DNA from: Utricularia gibba
Lineage: Eukaryota > Plantae > Magnoliophyta
DNA: 64,000 nucleotides
NCBI GenBank assembly: GCA_002189035.1
Contig: CM007991.1
Coordinates: forward strand, 2,046,001-2,110,000
Direction of reading: 5' to 3'
The notes below the pieces were generated by a model. The model made no database searches and was not told the DNA's origin. It saw only the letters and a list, made by a program, of their open reading frames with translations. Shown here one piece after another: positions 12,582 through 29,950 of this stretch; within the stretch, counting starts at the first letter, position 1; each line of letters opens with the position of its first letter. The position numbers and the translations under genes were made by a program.

Positions 12582-14557
12582 ATGGGCGATCGCTGTTTCG
12601 TCAACGGGATGCTTGATTACACTGCGGAAACGCAGACACCGGATTCTGATACAATCGCCGGCGCTGATTCACTAACCAAGCTTCTCCACCTCCCTTTCAA
12701 GACCATATCGCAGAGGCTCATGAAATTTGGTTTAGACATCAAAGATGCAGTTGCGCATACCCTTTTACCTATAATCCAAGATGCCTTTTTTTTTTATAGT
12801 GGAATTTTTCAATTCACTTCAAAGACAATGGACAGGTAGTGAAGGAGACGTGGCTTCGCAGAGGTGGGATGGTCGACGATTATACCATGTATACTGGCGC
12901 TATGGGGACTGCTTACTTGCTTTTCAAAGCGTATCAAGTTGGTGGGAATAAGAATGATCTCGCACTTTGCTCTGATACCATCAAAGCCTGTGACTCTGCT
13001 TCTCGCCGTTCTAGGTATTTTTTACTCATTGCTTTGTCTATGGACGAGGCTATGTTGCGATCTTTCCTTCCTAGTATAGAAGAAACGATCATTCATGTTC
13101 TCATTTTGCCCCATTGAAGTTTGTATGCAATGATTTTCTCTATGAATACGCGCTCCCATTCTTTTCCTCCAGTATATTTTTTATCACATAGATCATTATC
13201 TTCCTTAAAGCTGAAATTTAACTGCAGACAAGTGTCTTTTATATGTGGAAGGGCTGGTGTATGTGCTCTTGGTGCTGTTGTAGCGCACCACAGTGGTGAC
13301 AAACAATTATGCCAGCATTACTTGGCACAGTTTAATGATGTAAGGACAATCTAAGGCCAATCCAGATTGTCCATTTTAGTAATTCATACTTCATAAACGA
13401 GTCATTGCTTTATATTGTCTTCAGATTAAGCTTCCCAAGGATCTTCCGGATGAACTCTTGTATGGTAGAGCAGGGTTCCTGTGGGCATGTTCTTTCTTGA
13501 ACAAGAATATTGGTGAAAACACCATCTCTTCAGTGAAAATGGTATCCTTCATTTCTACTGCAGTGTTCGGATCTCTTTAACATATTCTCATTTTTGGTTC
13601 TTGCAAATGTTCCGCAGTCTCCACTATTAGTGTTTCTCTTTATTTTCCGTTTGCCGACCTAAAAATAAAAATCTTTTGAATCATGTGAGGTTCTTAGATT
13701 GTTTTTAAACATGTTCCTACTAAATGCCAATAGGTGAGGGAAAATCGTTCTTGTTCTGCACCTTGTACCATTTTTTCAGTATTCTTGTTATTCCACTGTT
13801 GGTGGCTGCTTATTATTTTATATGATTGAAATGCAGAGGTCTGTGGTTGATGAGATGATGCGATCTGGTAGGGAACTGGGCAGCAGACGATGCCCTTTAA
13901 TGTTTGAATGGCATGGAACGAAATACTGGGGAGCAGCCCATGGGCTTGCTGGAATACTTAATGTTTTAATGGAAATGGACCTGAATCCAGATGAGGTAAA
14001 GCATGTTAAGGATGTACTTAGTTACATGATCAAACACCGATTCTCAGGCGGAAACTACCCATCCAGCGAAGGAAGGGAAACTGACAGGCTTGTTCATTGG
14101 TGTCATGGCGCTCCTGGCGTTGCTCTTACTTTGGTGAAAGCTGCAAAGGTAGGTGGTGGAGTACTTTTGCTAGTTTTCCAAATACCAGATTTCAAGGAGC
14201 CTGATGTCATCTGTCCAGGTTTTTGGTAGTGAGGAGTTTCTCAATGCTGCAGTTGATGCAGCAGAAGTTGTTTGGGAACGAGGATTACTCAAACGAGTTG
14301 GGATTTGCCATGGAATCAGTGGCAATGCCTATGTCTTTCTCTCGTTGTATCAGTTAACCAGCAAACCAGAGTTCCTATACCGAGCCAAAGCATTCTCATG
14401 CTTCCTTCTCGATCGCTCTCAGAAACTGATAGCGGAGGGTGTAATGCATGGAGGTGATCGACCGCACTCTCTCTTCGAAGGAATTGGTGGAATGTCATAT
14501 CTGTTTCTGGACATGGCAGATCCTTCTCAGGCTAGATTTCCAGCCTACCAACTGTAG
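12582..14557 (+). CDS. GCR2: LanC-like protein GCR2/GCL2
   Basis: MGDRCFVN..., DYTMYTGAMGTAYLLFK, VSFICGRAGVCALGAV, LPDELLYGRAGFLWAC, YWGAAHGLAG, WCHGAPG and GICHGISGN (Cys/Cys/His zinc ligands), SLFEGIGG, C-terminal ARFPAYQL*. Confidence 0.95.
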
Positions 14558-14887
14558 TCCTTGGGGAGAATGATACCCTCGAATACCAGGTATATAGCTT
14601 CTGTAGATTAGGCCTTTTACCATGTAATAAAGCTGCTTTCTGACTTGACAACATAGCGTAGTTGTTCTAGTCTTCTGATGAAGAAAGGTGCACAAGACTT
14701 TGTTGGACCACAATCCAAACTGAAACATAAACAGATTTCCTGTTGAAATCAACAAAGAATTCTACATTAGAAGGAAAGGCCTTTACTTTACACTTGCGGA
14801 AAAAACACAGTGCATCTTTCTGATACATGTATACAACAACAAAATCAACGTTCCTTTACAAGTGTCCATATGGTGAGGTGTGTATCC

Positions 14888-17800
14888 CTAAATGCGAACA
14901 GGCAACCCAAAATTCTGGAAGGCCTTGAGTTCACCTCTAAGTCCAGCCGTGACGATGACCATACCCCATGCCGATCTGTTGGAGATGTCCACACCGCGGT
15001 TCTTGGCATTGGAAACCAGTTTCTCCTCTGGCCATGTAGCAGATGTTCTATCAAACAGGCAGCCGTTCGGTGCGGGAGCTAATCCTACCGGCAGCAGCAA
15101 ACCTCCACCAACATTCACTGGGCTGTTTGTGCACCCAGATTCCAAGGGGAACCGTGCTCATTATCTTCAATCACCATATTCCTGTGATGCGATTCTGTTG
15201 ATGCTAACGGTGGCATCGGTTTGGAATTCAGACAACGGCAAGGAGATATTCCAGGCCATGGAATCGCCACCGAAACATCTTGGCAATGGAACACTTCGTA
15301 TGATCGTGTGACTCCAACTTTGGTGCTTCTATTTGGTTGAGACTCAACCTCATGTCTCCAAATGTAAACGTATGAATCTTCACTGGCAGATATCACGTAT
15401 TTTCCATTAGATGTAACTGAGGCTGAGATTTGGCTGTTGGTATTTCGAAACCCTGCTCAAGTTACAGAAATCACACGAATTACTCAATAAACATGAACCA
15501 CATGTTTTAAAAGTAGAAAGAAAAATGCAGGACAATGCATCACTTCCTGCCCTCAAAAAGAAAAGTGCCTATAAAGCATCAGCCTCTATGGTTATCATGT
15601 TAGCAACTGAAGTGAGCACCTAAAGCATATTTATTCGTCTGACAGGATAAGGAAGACAAGAACCAGTGGCATGTGAAGAGAAAATGAATGAGCTTCCTAA
15701 ACCTAGGGAATGGAGCAAGTGACTTTAGGTGTAATCCCCCATGCATAACCAAACAGCTCTGCCCCACTGTGGGAAAAGGCATTGACAGTCATGGAACGTA
15801 CACATGCTAAAAAATGAAGAAGGATCGGAAGCATGAAATTAAATAGAACAACATCACCAGTGAATGAAGACGGTAAATATCGAGGGCAGAAACAGAATCA
15901 GTGTACCTTTAAACTTGTGAACAAGATCAACACCATCTATGACTCGGATTCGGGAATCTGCAGAAGTGATGATAACTTCTGAAGTACTTCGGGGAGAGAA
16001 CTGAAAAATGGGAAGGGAAGCACATCACAGAGAGCTTTTCCAGCTTTTCAATATGAGATGAAAAGGCTTACCTTGAAACCTGTTATCTTCTTTTGATGTG
16101 ATCTCTTCTTCTTATTTTGCAAATTGACTTGGCTTTTATGCAGTAATTTGTTCTCTGGAAAAACGTTGCATTCATGAGTTATCTTACAGATGAAGACTGG
16201 CTTTTTCCAAAAAATTAAGTGACAGTTGCCACCTGATATGTTGTACAACCGACAGCTGCCCTTGTAAGAACCAACCAGAGCACCCTGAAACCATAAACAT
16301 GGGCATGTGCTTGAGAAATAATTTCAAATTAAAAATGCTGATGCAATACGTTCTACGACATGCAATCCATGCCTGACCTGCCCATCTGGTGTGTAGCAAG
16401 CTGCAGTAACCATTTCGTGCAAATCACTCCAATCAACAACTTGGTGATCTGGAATGCTCCAAATCCGGACCTTAGCATCTATGGATCCACTGATAAAGTA
16501 TCTGTCATCGACTGGATTGAACTGGATGCAGGTTACTGAGTCATGGAAATCCAGAATACTGATTAATGGAAGAACCACAATTTATATCACGTAAACACCA
16601 GTATTCTGATTTAAAACCGAGGGCAAGGTTAGATAGGAGCATTAAACACAGAAATCCTCTGCTAGATTCTCTTTTAGGATTAGTTAATGTTGGGAAAAAT
16701 TTACCATATTTTCTTCTATCCGAAGCAAACATGGCATATAATTGGATAAACTATGATATGCATCTTAAGGAAATACATGTCGAAAAATTTCATCTCAATG
16801 TAGCCAAAGGATAAAAACAATGAATACATAGATTCCAGCAGTTTCTATGTACTTCTTCTTAAAGTGCATTCATGGCAACATGAAGGTCAAAAAGGACCAG
16901 CACCATAAATCAATCCGGCAAACTAGTAAAGAAAACAAGAAAATAGAGCTCCTAGATTTAGAAGGGATTATGGAATTCCAAAAAACCTCAAACTATGAAT
17001 GCAAAAAATGAATACTGTAGTAAGTTACCATAGTCATTGTGCGAAAAAATCTTTAGGCAAGACCTGCTGGATAAATCCCAAAGGCGCACCGTTTTGTCCA
17101 TTGAAGATGAAAGAAGTTGCTGAACGTGATAAAGCGTGAGAAAATTAGCTCAACGAAAAACAATGCAAATGCAAAATGAAAAGAAACAAAAAAATTTCCA
17201 ATTATGAGAGAAGTGACTGCAGATAAGCCACGTGATGTTTTTTCATAACTTGAGAAAATGAGGACTACTGAAAATCCAGCCACTTGGTAACATAATCGAG
17301 CATTATAGCTCTTGGAAATTAAGATCAAAAGTTTCAGTCTATCCACTAAAAATATATTTTCTGAATCTGGATTTCCACTAATATTCCAGTGAACAGAGTA
17401 GGTTTTTAGGAAATCAACATCAAGAAAATGATGAAAGATCCATGGGAAGAAAATTTCTACCAACCTGAGACTTGGACCATGAGAGATCCAAGACATCATT
17501 CGAATGCCCCTCTAATGAGCACATAGGTTTGTCCGATAAGGCAAAAACAGTCTCAGGAACCATAATCTGTTCTGGGCTCACAGTTTTTCTACTGAAGGAC
17601 GACCTACCTCTTCTCTTCTTCTCAGAACGGCCATCTAAACTCGGAGACATACAAGATGGTTCAGGTGATCCATTAGCAAAAAACAGAACTTGAAGATTTC
17701 CATCTTCAAATTTATCTGAAAGGAGATCTTCTTTCCTGTCTGCTTCCATAACCTGCCATACATGAATCACACGGTCTTCGCCTGCACTGGCCAAGTACTT

Positions 17801-19063
17801 TCCATCCAAACTAAACTGAATAGCCCAGATTGAACCATTGTGAGCCTGTATCTCTTGGATCTTAAATAAGGAAGTAAGATCTTTAACAGATTTCCCGTAT
17901 TGCCTGACACGAACTCTTTCAGTTCCATGACACGAAACATCCTGGCTGTCGTCCGTGGCAGAGCTCGATCTCCGGCCACCCTTCTCCGAGGATGTGTCCC
18001 TCTCGTCACCACTACGTCTCTCTTTATGCCCTGTAACAGAAATTGCAGCATTTTTTATGCTTTTCAGCCAACTTGAGCGCTTCTTCAGCTTAGTCGCACT
18101 CGCAAAGGTACTAATAGGGTTTGAAACCAAGCCTTCAATGCTTCCATCCTCGACCTTTTGTCTCCTCATCAACTCCTGTACTATGGGTGAAGTCCCAACA
18201 CACATCTCGGATGAAAACTCCTCCATTGTCAACTGACGGCCAGTTTCGACTTCCTTAATTTTTTCCCAGCTCCCGTCTTCCCTGAATTTATTCACCACAA
18301 ACTCCTTGCCATTATCAAGATTTTTTATGATACACACTTCATCTGTATGTTCCAGCCCATGGCACTCTACATCACGATCCATAGCAATTAGGTCACCAAA
18401 GATGACACCATCTTTATTATCAGACCCAATCTTAGGAAATTTATCAAAGGAAACAGAACTGCGATCTGGCGATCGATTTCCACTTCTTGATGCCTCCTCA
18501 GAACAGGCGCTTCCTCTAAAAAATCTCCTCCCGTCATCATTTTCTTCCTTGCCAACCCCACAAGCAATGGAGCAAGTGAAGCAAATCTCGGAATACTGCT
18601 TACAGGCACAGTCCCCATGTGACCTCGATCTGGCAATCCCAGATGGTCGCCCACTGCGATTACTTCTAAAGCGACAACCTTTAACGCAACCGCTGGTGTT
18701 CTCCCACGCGTTTTCATCATCAGGCACAGCATTTCGAATCAAATGATTCGTAGAAAAGCGCAGAGGAGATCGGGGGTGGAGTAATGAAGGATCACGAGCA
18801 AGACCCATCTGACATAAAAGGCGGATCCTCCGCTGCTCCACCGACGACGGCTGTGAGGTCCAAATATCGTAGTTTTGCGAGACACCCCGAGGGAATCTAG
18901 GAACGTAAACATGGTAATCCGTGCTACAGTTAGAACTGGCATCGTAGTCTTCTTCCGGGTCCGAGGCAGAGCAAGAGCAAGAAGCGGAGGACAGGAGGCG
19001 GTCCAAGGAGTCATGGAAGCGCTCCTCGTCGTCGTCCTCCTCCTCTTCCCCTGCTTTGCTCAT
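14888..19063 (-). CDS. WDR44-like WD40 repeat protein
   Basis: [22 protein letters not shown]..., [45 protein letters not shown]|[14 protein letters not shown] (exon about 17028-17120), [27 protein letters not shown]-terminal [27 protein letters not shown]. One base is missing at 15146-15149. Confidence 0.93.
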
Positions 19064-20404
19064 CGTCACGCAACCCTAGCAGAGCTGAGGTTCCATCCCC
19101 GCCGCAAAGGGCGACCTCCTCAAGGCACCAAAAATTGAGGGTACCCAACTCTTGGCCGTAAATAAATAAAAAGGCGTCGGTATAGAGCCAGCGAAAGTGG
19201 GCAAACAAACACGGTAGGAGAATAAAGTGATGGTGAGAGCGAAGACGACGAGCCAGGAAACGAGAAATTGCGCGCCCAGAACCCTTGTCGTCGAGCGCGC
19301 GGGAGGGATGCCGTCGTCGTACGGGTGGGTGGATTGCAAGTGAGACCGCGCGAGAGCCGCGGGCTAAGCGCAACGCTTTTAAATAGTAAATTCTGGTATA
19401 TTTATATATTTAACGCGATGATTTTTTTAATATATATATTATAATATTCCACTCGGATCACGCTATATGCATCTTGTTGAGTGAAGGACGTGTTCTGGGG
19501 CAGTACAGGACCAGGACTAGGAGTAGGACGGGCATTCAAGAGACGCCCAAAAATATTGTTGACTCTGAATTAATAATATATTCCTCTCCCGGTTCCGCAT
19601 CTATTTATTTACTCCCGCCCAGCAACAACACAGATGCGTTGCGTTGCGATGCGCGGCCCCAACACACAGAAAACGAAACCCCTCCAACCCTCGGACCCAG
19701 AGATGGATGGTTTCCTCTCTTTGTGTGTGTTGGATGTTAAAGAGAATTAGTGACTGCTGCTACTTACTTGGTGATGGTGGATGATTCTGGTGATTTTAAA
19801 CCCTGATGTGAACCCAACCTGCTATCAAAACGGTTAGGTGGCTGGAGGGTGGCTTCAATTCAATTGATGATTCATGGTACTGGTGGATGATGCCTGTCAT
19901 CCCAATGTACTGCGGCTGGGGGCGTCCTGGATGCTGGTGGGATTGGAGTGGAGGATCACGCACCTGTTTGCTGTGGGACGGGGCGCGGCGCCTGATAATT
20001 CATTATGTAATGAGATGATGAGACCAAACAAGTAAGAAATTAATAAAGTAATGTGGTGAGCTTGGGGGGCCAGACTAGCACATGCCTGATCCGGTTATCT
20101 CTCCCCGTTGCTTGATGCTCCTGATATCCTCCTAATCAACGACCCCGCAGCAGCCTTATCCTGAAAGCCTCTGCCCAAAACCCAAGTTGGCACCACACAA
20201 CGGCACTAAAAGCAATAGTAGAGGAGAGCAGTTAACATGGTGAGTAATGATGGTGGATGGTGCACCTCCCTGATGGGTCTAGAGGCAGCATTTATTTGGA
20301 GACGCATGTGTTCGAATCCACAAATGAAACAATCAAGTGAACCAACCAACGCAGCCAGCGAGAATGGTGACAAGCAAGCCGAGCTACATGCACATTCAGT
20401 CTTT

Positions 20405-21513
20405 TTACTTGTAGGCGGCCATCCCAACTCCGGCTTCTCTTCCTACACCTGGTGTGTTACTTGCCCTGGACTTGGAATAGTTGATGTAGTAAAACTCGGA
20501 GGTTATCAAGGTGAACACCACGAACGCCCCTCCCGCAGCAAATATTCCTTTCCTCACCGTCTCACATGATGGTGGATTTCTGAAAATCATGGAGGTGAAC
20601 CTTGTGTGGTATGCATTCTTCACCGAACCCGCGAGCAGGCATATCTCCGCGATGAGGAATGTTACCCTGTGTCAGAGGCAGGATATTAAGTCCATTCATG
20701 CCTGATGCTTCCCATAAGAAAAATAGAGCAGCAGAAATATTACCAGCAAAAGATAAAAAGAAAGGCAGCACAGGTCCTTGAGCCTCCAGGCCTTAGAGCA
20801 GATCCACAGCACAAGCATTTGGTTGCTGTAACAATGACAATTTGACTTGATAGGAGTAAAAGAAACGCCCCAACCCCATAGCCAGTTGCAATATCAGAGT
20901 CATAGACGCAGTAGTAGTAGTTCCCCTGACTGTCCTTTGTCGATGTGCCCTGTCAAACAAGTCCACGCATACATCAACATGCCAACAAAGGCTACACTGT
21001 GGTTGCATTGCTGGCACATGCATTAACCACTATGCTAACAAGTTTTCATATTGTAAAGATACTAAATGGTTGACAAGAACATCCACTTCTGTACACAGAA
21101 TAAGTTCCACATCACTCCAAGTTAGAAATAGTTCAGCAAGTCCACACACCTAAGTCAAATAAGCTAAAAAAACTATTTCAAATCTAACGCGCATTCCAAA
21201 TCGGCAGTTTTAGCCGATGAATCCAAAGACTTCTCCTGTAACAGGAATAGGAAAAGCAAGTAAAAAAGCAATGCGGAATCCACAAGAGACTTCTCCTTTA
21301 ACAGAAACAGAAACACGAAGTACAAAGGCAACACGGAATCCATCGGCTCTCCTTCTGATGAAAGCGTTTATCAACATTTCGAACTACGAGAAAGAAAAAA
21401 AAAACATAGCAAGAATGCCTTACAATGCTTCTTCTCTGCTCGGCGGCAACGGCTAAGCCGAAGGCAGCGAGATCGAGAACGAAGACAAAAATCACCAGGA
21501 GCTTAGAGGCCAT
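20405..21513 (-). CDS. DUF1218 family membrane protein
   Basis: Three exons: MASKLLVIFVFVLDLAAFGLAVAAEQRRSI | GTSTKDSQGNYYYCVYDSDIATGYGVGAFLLLL...KCLCCG | WVTFLIAEICLLAGSVKNAYHTRF...FAAGGAFVVFTLITSEFYYI. Confidence 0.92.
21219..21355. repeat. About 60-bp degenerate tandem repeat (2.3 copies) in DUF1218 intron 1
   Basis: The unit gaatcca(c)aagacttctcct.taacag.aa.ag.aa...aagta.aaa.gca begins at about 21219 and 21277, with a partial copy at about 21337. Confidence 0.75.
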
Positions 21514-21797
21514 CACTCGCCGCCGCAGATCTGGAAGTTCGTCCAGCAACACTGTCGGTGACTGCAGTTTTGTCACTAGCCAAACAGCTGAGAGCAACGA
21601 CTGGCGTTTTGAAGTTGCAATTTTCCATTTATTTACAAATGGAATATTCTTTTTCCATAGTAACCGTTTTTTACCACATCAATATAATAAATTGTCCTTA
21701 ATGCCCCTCTTCAATTTTTAATGGGGAATTCTTTTCTAAATTTTAACTATAATTAATCACTATAAAAAACAACTATTTATGTTACAGCAGCCTTCAA

Positions 21798-24206
<2,409 letters not shown>

Positions 24207-24907
24207 ATTCAAAACCTTACTCAACGCTTGAGCACCATATCCAATTCCAATGTATATATTAGAGAAGGCAACTGAAATCCTACCTAGCCCGCGGTTGGTA
24301 GAGACATAAGCTACCCAATCAGGCGTCCGCTTTTCCTGGGCACGTCAGCTCCAAGAAGGCAACGGGAAGTTGTGGCGAATGCAAATCCAAGAATATTATG
24401 CTATTCAACAAACCCGCGCTCGCCATTTGAAAAAATGATAAAAAAACAAATTAATAATAATGATAAGAATATGACTATTATTATTGAAAAGGATGGTCTA
24501 TGCTTGCGGCATTTACTTATAATTAATGGGCACTAATCGTTCATTACACGCATTTTTAGAAAAACACATCATCCAGGGTGGGCCCTTGAGTCAAGCGTGT
24601 GGGTGGCCTCGATATTTGATTGATGTTGTGGGTTTCATTTACCAACCCAGTTTTGTTGAAGCTGGGTCCCACACGTGATTCGAACCAATCGTCATATTTT
24701 ACAAATCTACTGTTGGGCTGATAATTTGGATGCCCTTCTTCGATTCTAATTTCTTGTGAGGAGGAATGAAACAGCTGCGAGTGGGTGCCACGTCCTCCCC
24801 TGTTGCGACGACACGCGTCACGAGGAGGCCATCCATCCTCGCCCAATAAGACAGCAGTGGGTGCAGTCGGGAATGGCGCTGCCTCCGAACCAAACAAGGG
24901 AAGGAGA
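24207..24907. promoter_or_regulatory. Shared divergent promoter region of the two beta-glucosidases
   Basis: About 700 bp between opposite-facing ATGs, containing ACGT-core motifs (CACGTC near 24341, CACGTG near 24672, GCCACGTC near 24786). Confidence 0.45.
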
Positions 24908-27271
<2,364 letters not shown>

Positions 27272-27338
27272 GTAAAACAAGAGATACTGACCGTCCAAAA
27301 GAATCAGGTACTGGATCTTTTTCCTTCTTTCCTGAATA

Positions 27339-27410
27339 ATATCATCGGGGATTCGAACCTCGGACCTCTCCGCAAAATCATCAGACAGAGTTTTTGGCCA
27401 TCACAAAAGC
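27339..27410 (-). mobile_element. Degenerate tRNA-derived (SINE-like) relic
   Basis: The minus strand reads TGGCCAAAAA-N31-A-GGTTCGAATCCCC: a perfect B-box, a weak A-box 41 nt upstream, a GAGGTC variable-loop-like segment and a 4/5 T-stem (CGAGG/CCCCG). No acceptor stem pairs, so it is not a functional tRNA. Confidence 0.3.
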
Positions 27411-27420
27411 TCGGAATAAG

Positions 27421-27597
27421 AATTCAACATTCACGATCTATTTCACGCCGATCGACTCCATGTTAGCCTGCAATCTGCATATAGATTTCGCCTTCTCGTA
27501 TAACAACAACGACCACGTTTACACGAACGCATTCGAATCGGTCTGCGATTCGTTCGTCGCCGCCTTGTCCAAATCCGGATCCCGAGATCTACCTATA
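27421..27597 (+). pseudogene. Isolated fragment of a GH17 glucan endo-1,3-beta-glucosidase
   Basis: NSTFTIYFTPIDSMLACNLHIDFAF-SYNNNDHVYTNAFESVCDSFVAALSKSGSRDLPI resembles the GH17 segment SPF.I..FP......LDI.FAF...YTN.F....D.FV.AL.K.G..DL.I. It stops just before the catalytic E/Q-x-GWP motif, and there is no ATG or matching flanking sequence. Confidence 0.5.
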
Positions 27598-29081
27598 GAG
27601 AAGGCGGAGCACGATGAAGCGACCTGCCAATACAGACCTGGAACTTCCATCGCGATCTGCATCATCATCGATTCACAACCCGTGCCCGCCAGAACTGGCA
27701 CGAAACATACCGAATTCAGATAAAATCGACAATTAAATTACACCCGGCCTGGGCCTCTCAGGGCCCAACCTGAGAATAAATTGGGTTCGGACCGCCCCGT
27801 CATCCAATGTATCATTAAAATTGCTACAAAAAAGATAGAAATTAATAAAATCAATTTCCATTGAAATAAATATCCCGAGGTGGAATACACTGGCATCATG
27901 AAAAGAGCCACGAAATGTAGCATTGGTAACATGCGCATGTGCTCGTTAGCGGAGGCATATCATGTGACGATATTATTTGCACGTCGCATAATGGTACAAT
28001 TATTCGCACGCGTTTGGATATATTTGTCACAAACAACATTATTATAGAGATCTATCTATCTAATCATATCTTATTTTTCACTGTGAAATATCAAAATTAG
28101 ATCATAAATGTCACATTCTCTTTCATTTAAACACTTATATATCGCATCATTGTCATGTGCCGGACTTGATTTTAAATTAAGGTTCTATAACAACAGTCCT
28201 AATTGAGATTTCCAGCTTTGAAAATATAAAAAAAGAATTAAAATGGGAATGTACAGAGAATCGAGAAGCATGTGATTGGGTGGGGGCACGTGCGTCTCTT
28301 GGTCCACTTAAATGCTGACAAATATATAATTGACCTAATGACATTCATAACTAAGTAACTAACACAACATATGACTCTTGGTCCACACACTTGATAATAT
28401 CAAATATGGCAACAATATCGTATTTGTTTACTATTTCTGAAAATCTATTGTCCTTCTCTCTCAAATAGAAAATATTATAAACATTTTTTTTTATCAAAAC
28501 GGATAATAATAGTTATATTATTTCACATGGTAAATAAATAATTTATTATTGGATCAAACTGTAAATAAAATTTAAAAATATGATAAATGTACAAAACCCG
28601 GATTATATAAATGATTAAAAAAATTAAATACTTTTCCAGTAAAGACTTATTTATTTATTTTTTAAAGAAAAAATTACATATAATGAATTTAAAATAAAAT
28701 ATTAAACATGCTAAATCTTAATGGTTGGGCGTGGTGGATGAGGTATGCCTGCCTGCCTATGTATTGAAGTCCACCACATTTAAATTTGTGATATGAAATG
28801 GGGTACACGTTGACCTTCTCGTGAATGCATTGATGCCTGCACATTAATGCACCTGAAGAAATATAAATAAATATACAGAAAAAAAGAGAATTAAGGTGAT
28901 AGTGACAATAGGAAAAAAAAAAAGAAGAAGAAGAAGAAACAAGTCTGTTTGAAACAGTTTTAATTTCTGAAAAAATATATTTAATTCAGAATTATTTTTT
29001 ATTATTTTTAAGAAATTGGTGTATATTTTATTATAATTAATGTTGGAGAAGCCTAATTTATATCATCAACTTTTGTTAGTG

Positions 29082-29155
29082 AGACAGAAACTTGATTACT
29101 GATTTAAAAATTAAAACCGCGCATTAAATGCAGACAGGAAATTGATTACTGATTT
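29082..29155. repeat. 24-bp direct repeat with 50-bp period in AT-rich intergenic DNA
   Basis: agacag(a/g)aa(c/a)ttgattactgattt at 29082-29105 and 29132-29155. Confidence 0.7.
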
Positions 29156-29950
29156 TTTTTTGTTAAAAGAGTATTTATTTTGTTGATAGGTACCAGAAAA
29201 TTGATTGAAAAATAAAAACCTGGGACCTCGGACTCTCAAACACCTACTCCGCAAAATGCTGGAATTCTCAATTTTGTCCCTTTCAAGTGTGTCTTTTCAA
29301 TTATTTTTTAATCTGAATACTTGGGTGCAATATTCTTTTATACGAAAATTAAAATATTCATAGAAATAATATATTTTTTATTAGTAATGTTGTAGGATGG
29401 GGATTTAGGTTGGGAGTGCAGTATGAGTTATGTTTAATAGATGAGGCAGATGTGACTTGTGAGTGATATATATAGAGAGAGAGTGTGTGTGTTGGGTGCT
29501 AAGTTTGGATTGTACGGATCGACAATTTGAGTTATCATGGTGTACATTTTAATTATTATTTTTTTTGAATGGGTGTGCTAGTTATAGTTGGAAGTTGGAA
29601 CACATGCCCGAAAATAAATAATAAATAAATAAAAGTAGGGGGGCAACGTTCATGAAAATTATTTAAAATAATGAATTGTAATAATCCCAACGCTTTTGAT
29701 GGTTCGGAATTCCGACGCGCCAGATTCACTGCATCTGTTAAATCTCTGCAAGAACTGCTGCTCTCTGACTCCGGCCAGTGGAGCCGCAGCACTTCATGTC
29801 TCCGCTTTGCTTTCTTTGGTTTTGATGCCTGTCCGAGGTCGAAGGCTGTGACCACCACGGTTGGTTTTGTGGGATTGAAATAAGATGCAGTTTCGATGAA
29901 GAAACTTTGAAGTGGATTTTTCTTGAACTATGAACATTTAGAAATCGAAG

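Noticed and set aside
13542-13550. GTATCCTTC donor in GCR2 resembling a U12 5' splice site
   Set aside because: There is no TCCTTAAC-like branch point near the acceptor at about 13836, so it is treated as an ordinary U2 intron.
19690-20200. Intergenic stretch with several GATGA/CTGA motifs and a small hairpin (GGATGA-TGCCTG-TCATCC), suggestive of a snoRNA cluster or miRNA
   Set aside because: No C/D pair has correct spacing, a terminal stem or an rRNA-complementary guide that I can identify, and there is no match to conserved miRNAs I know.
27519-27701. 60-aa minus-strand ORF (MMMQIAMEVPG...) under a site II-containing region
   Set aside because: No recognisable homology. The opposite strand is better explained as a GH17 relic.
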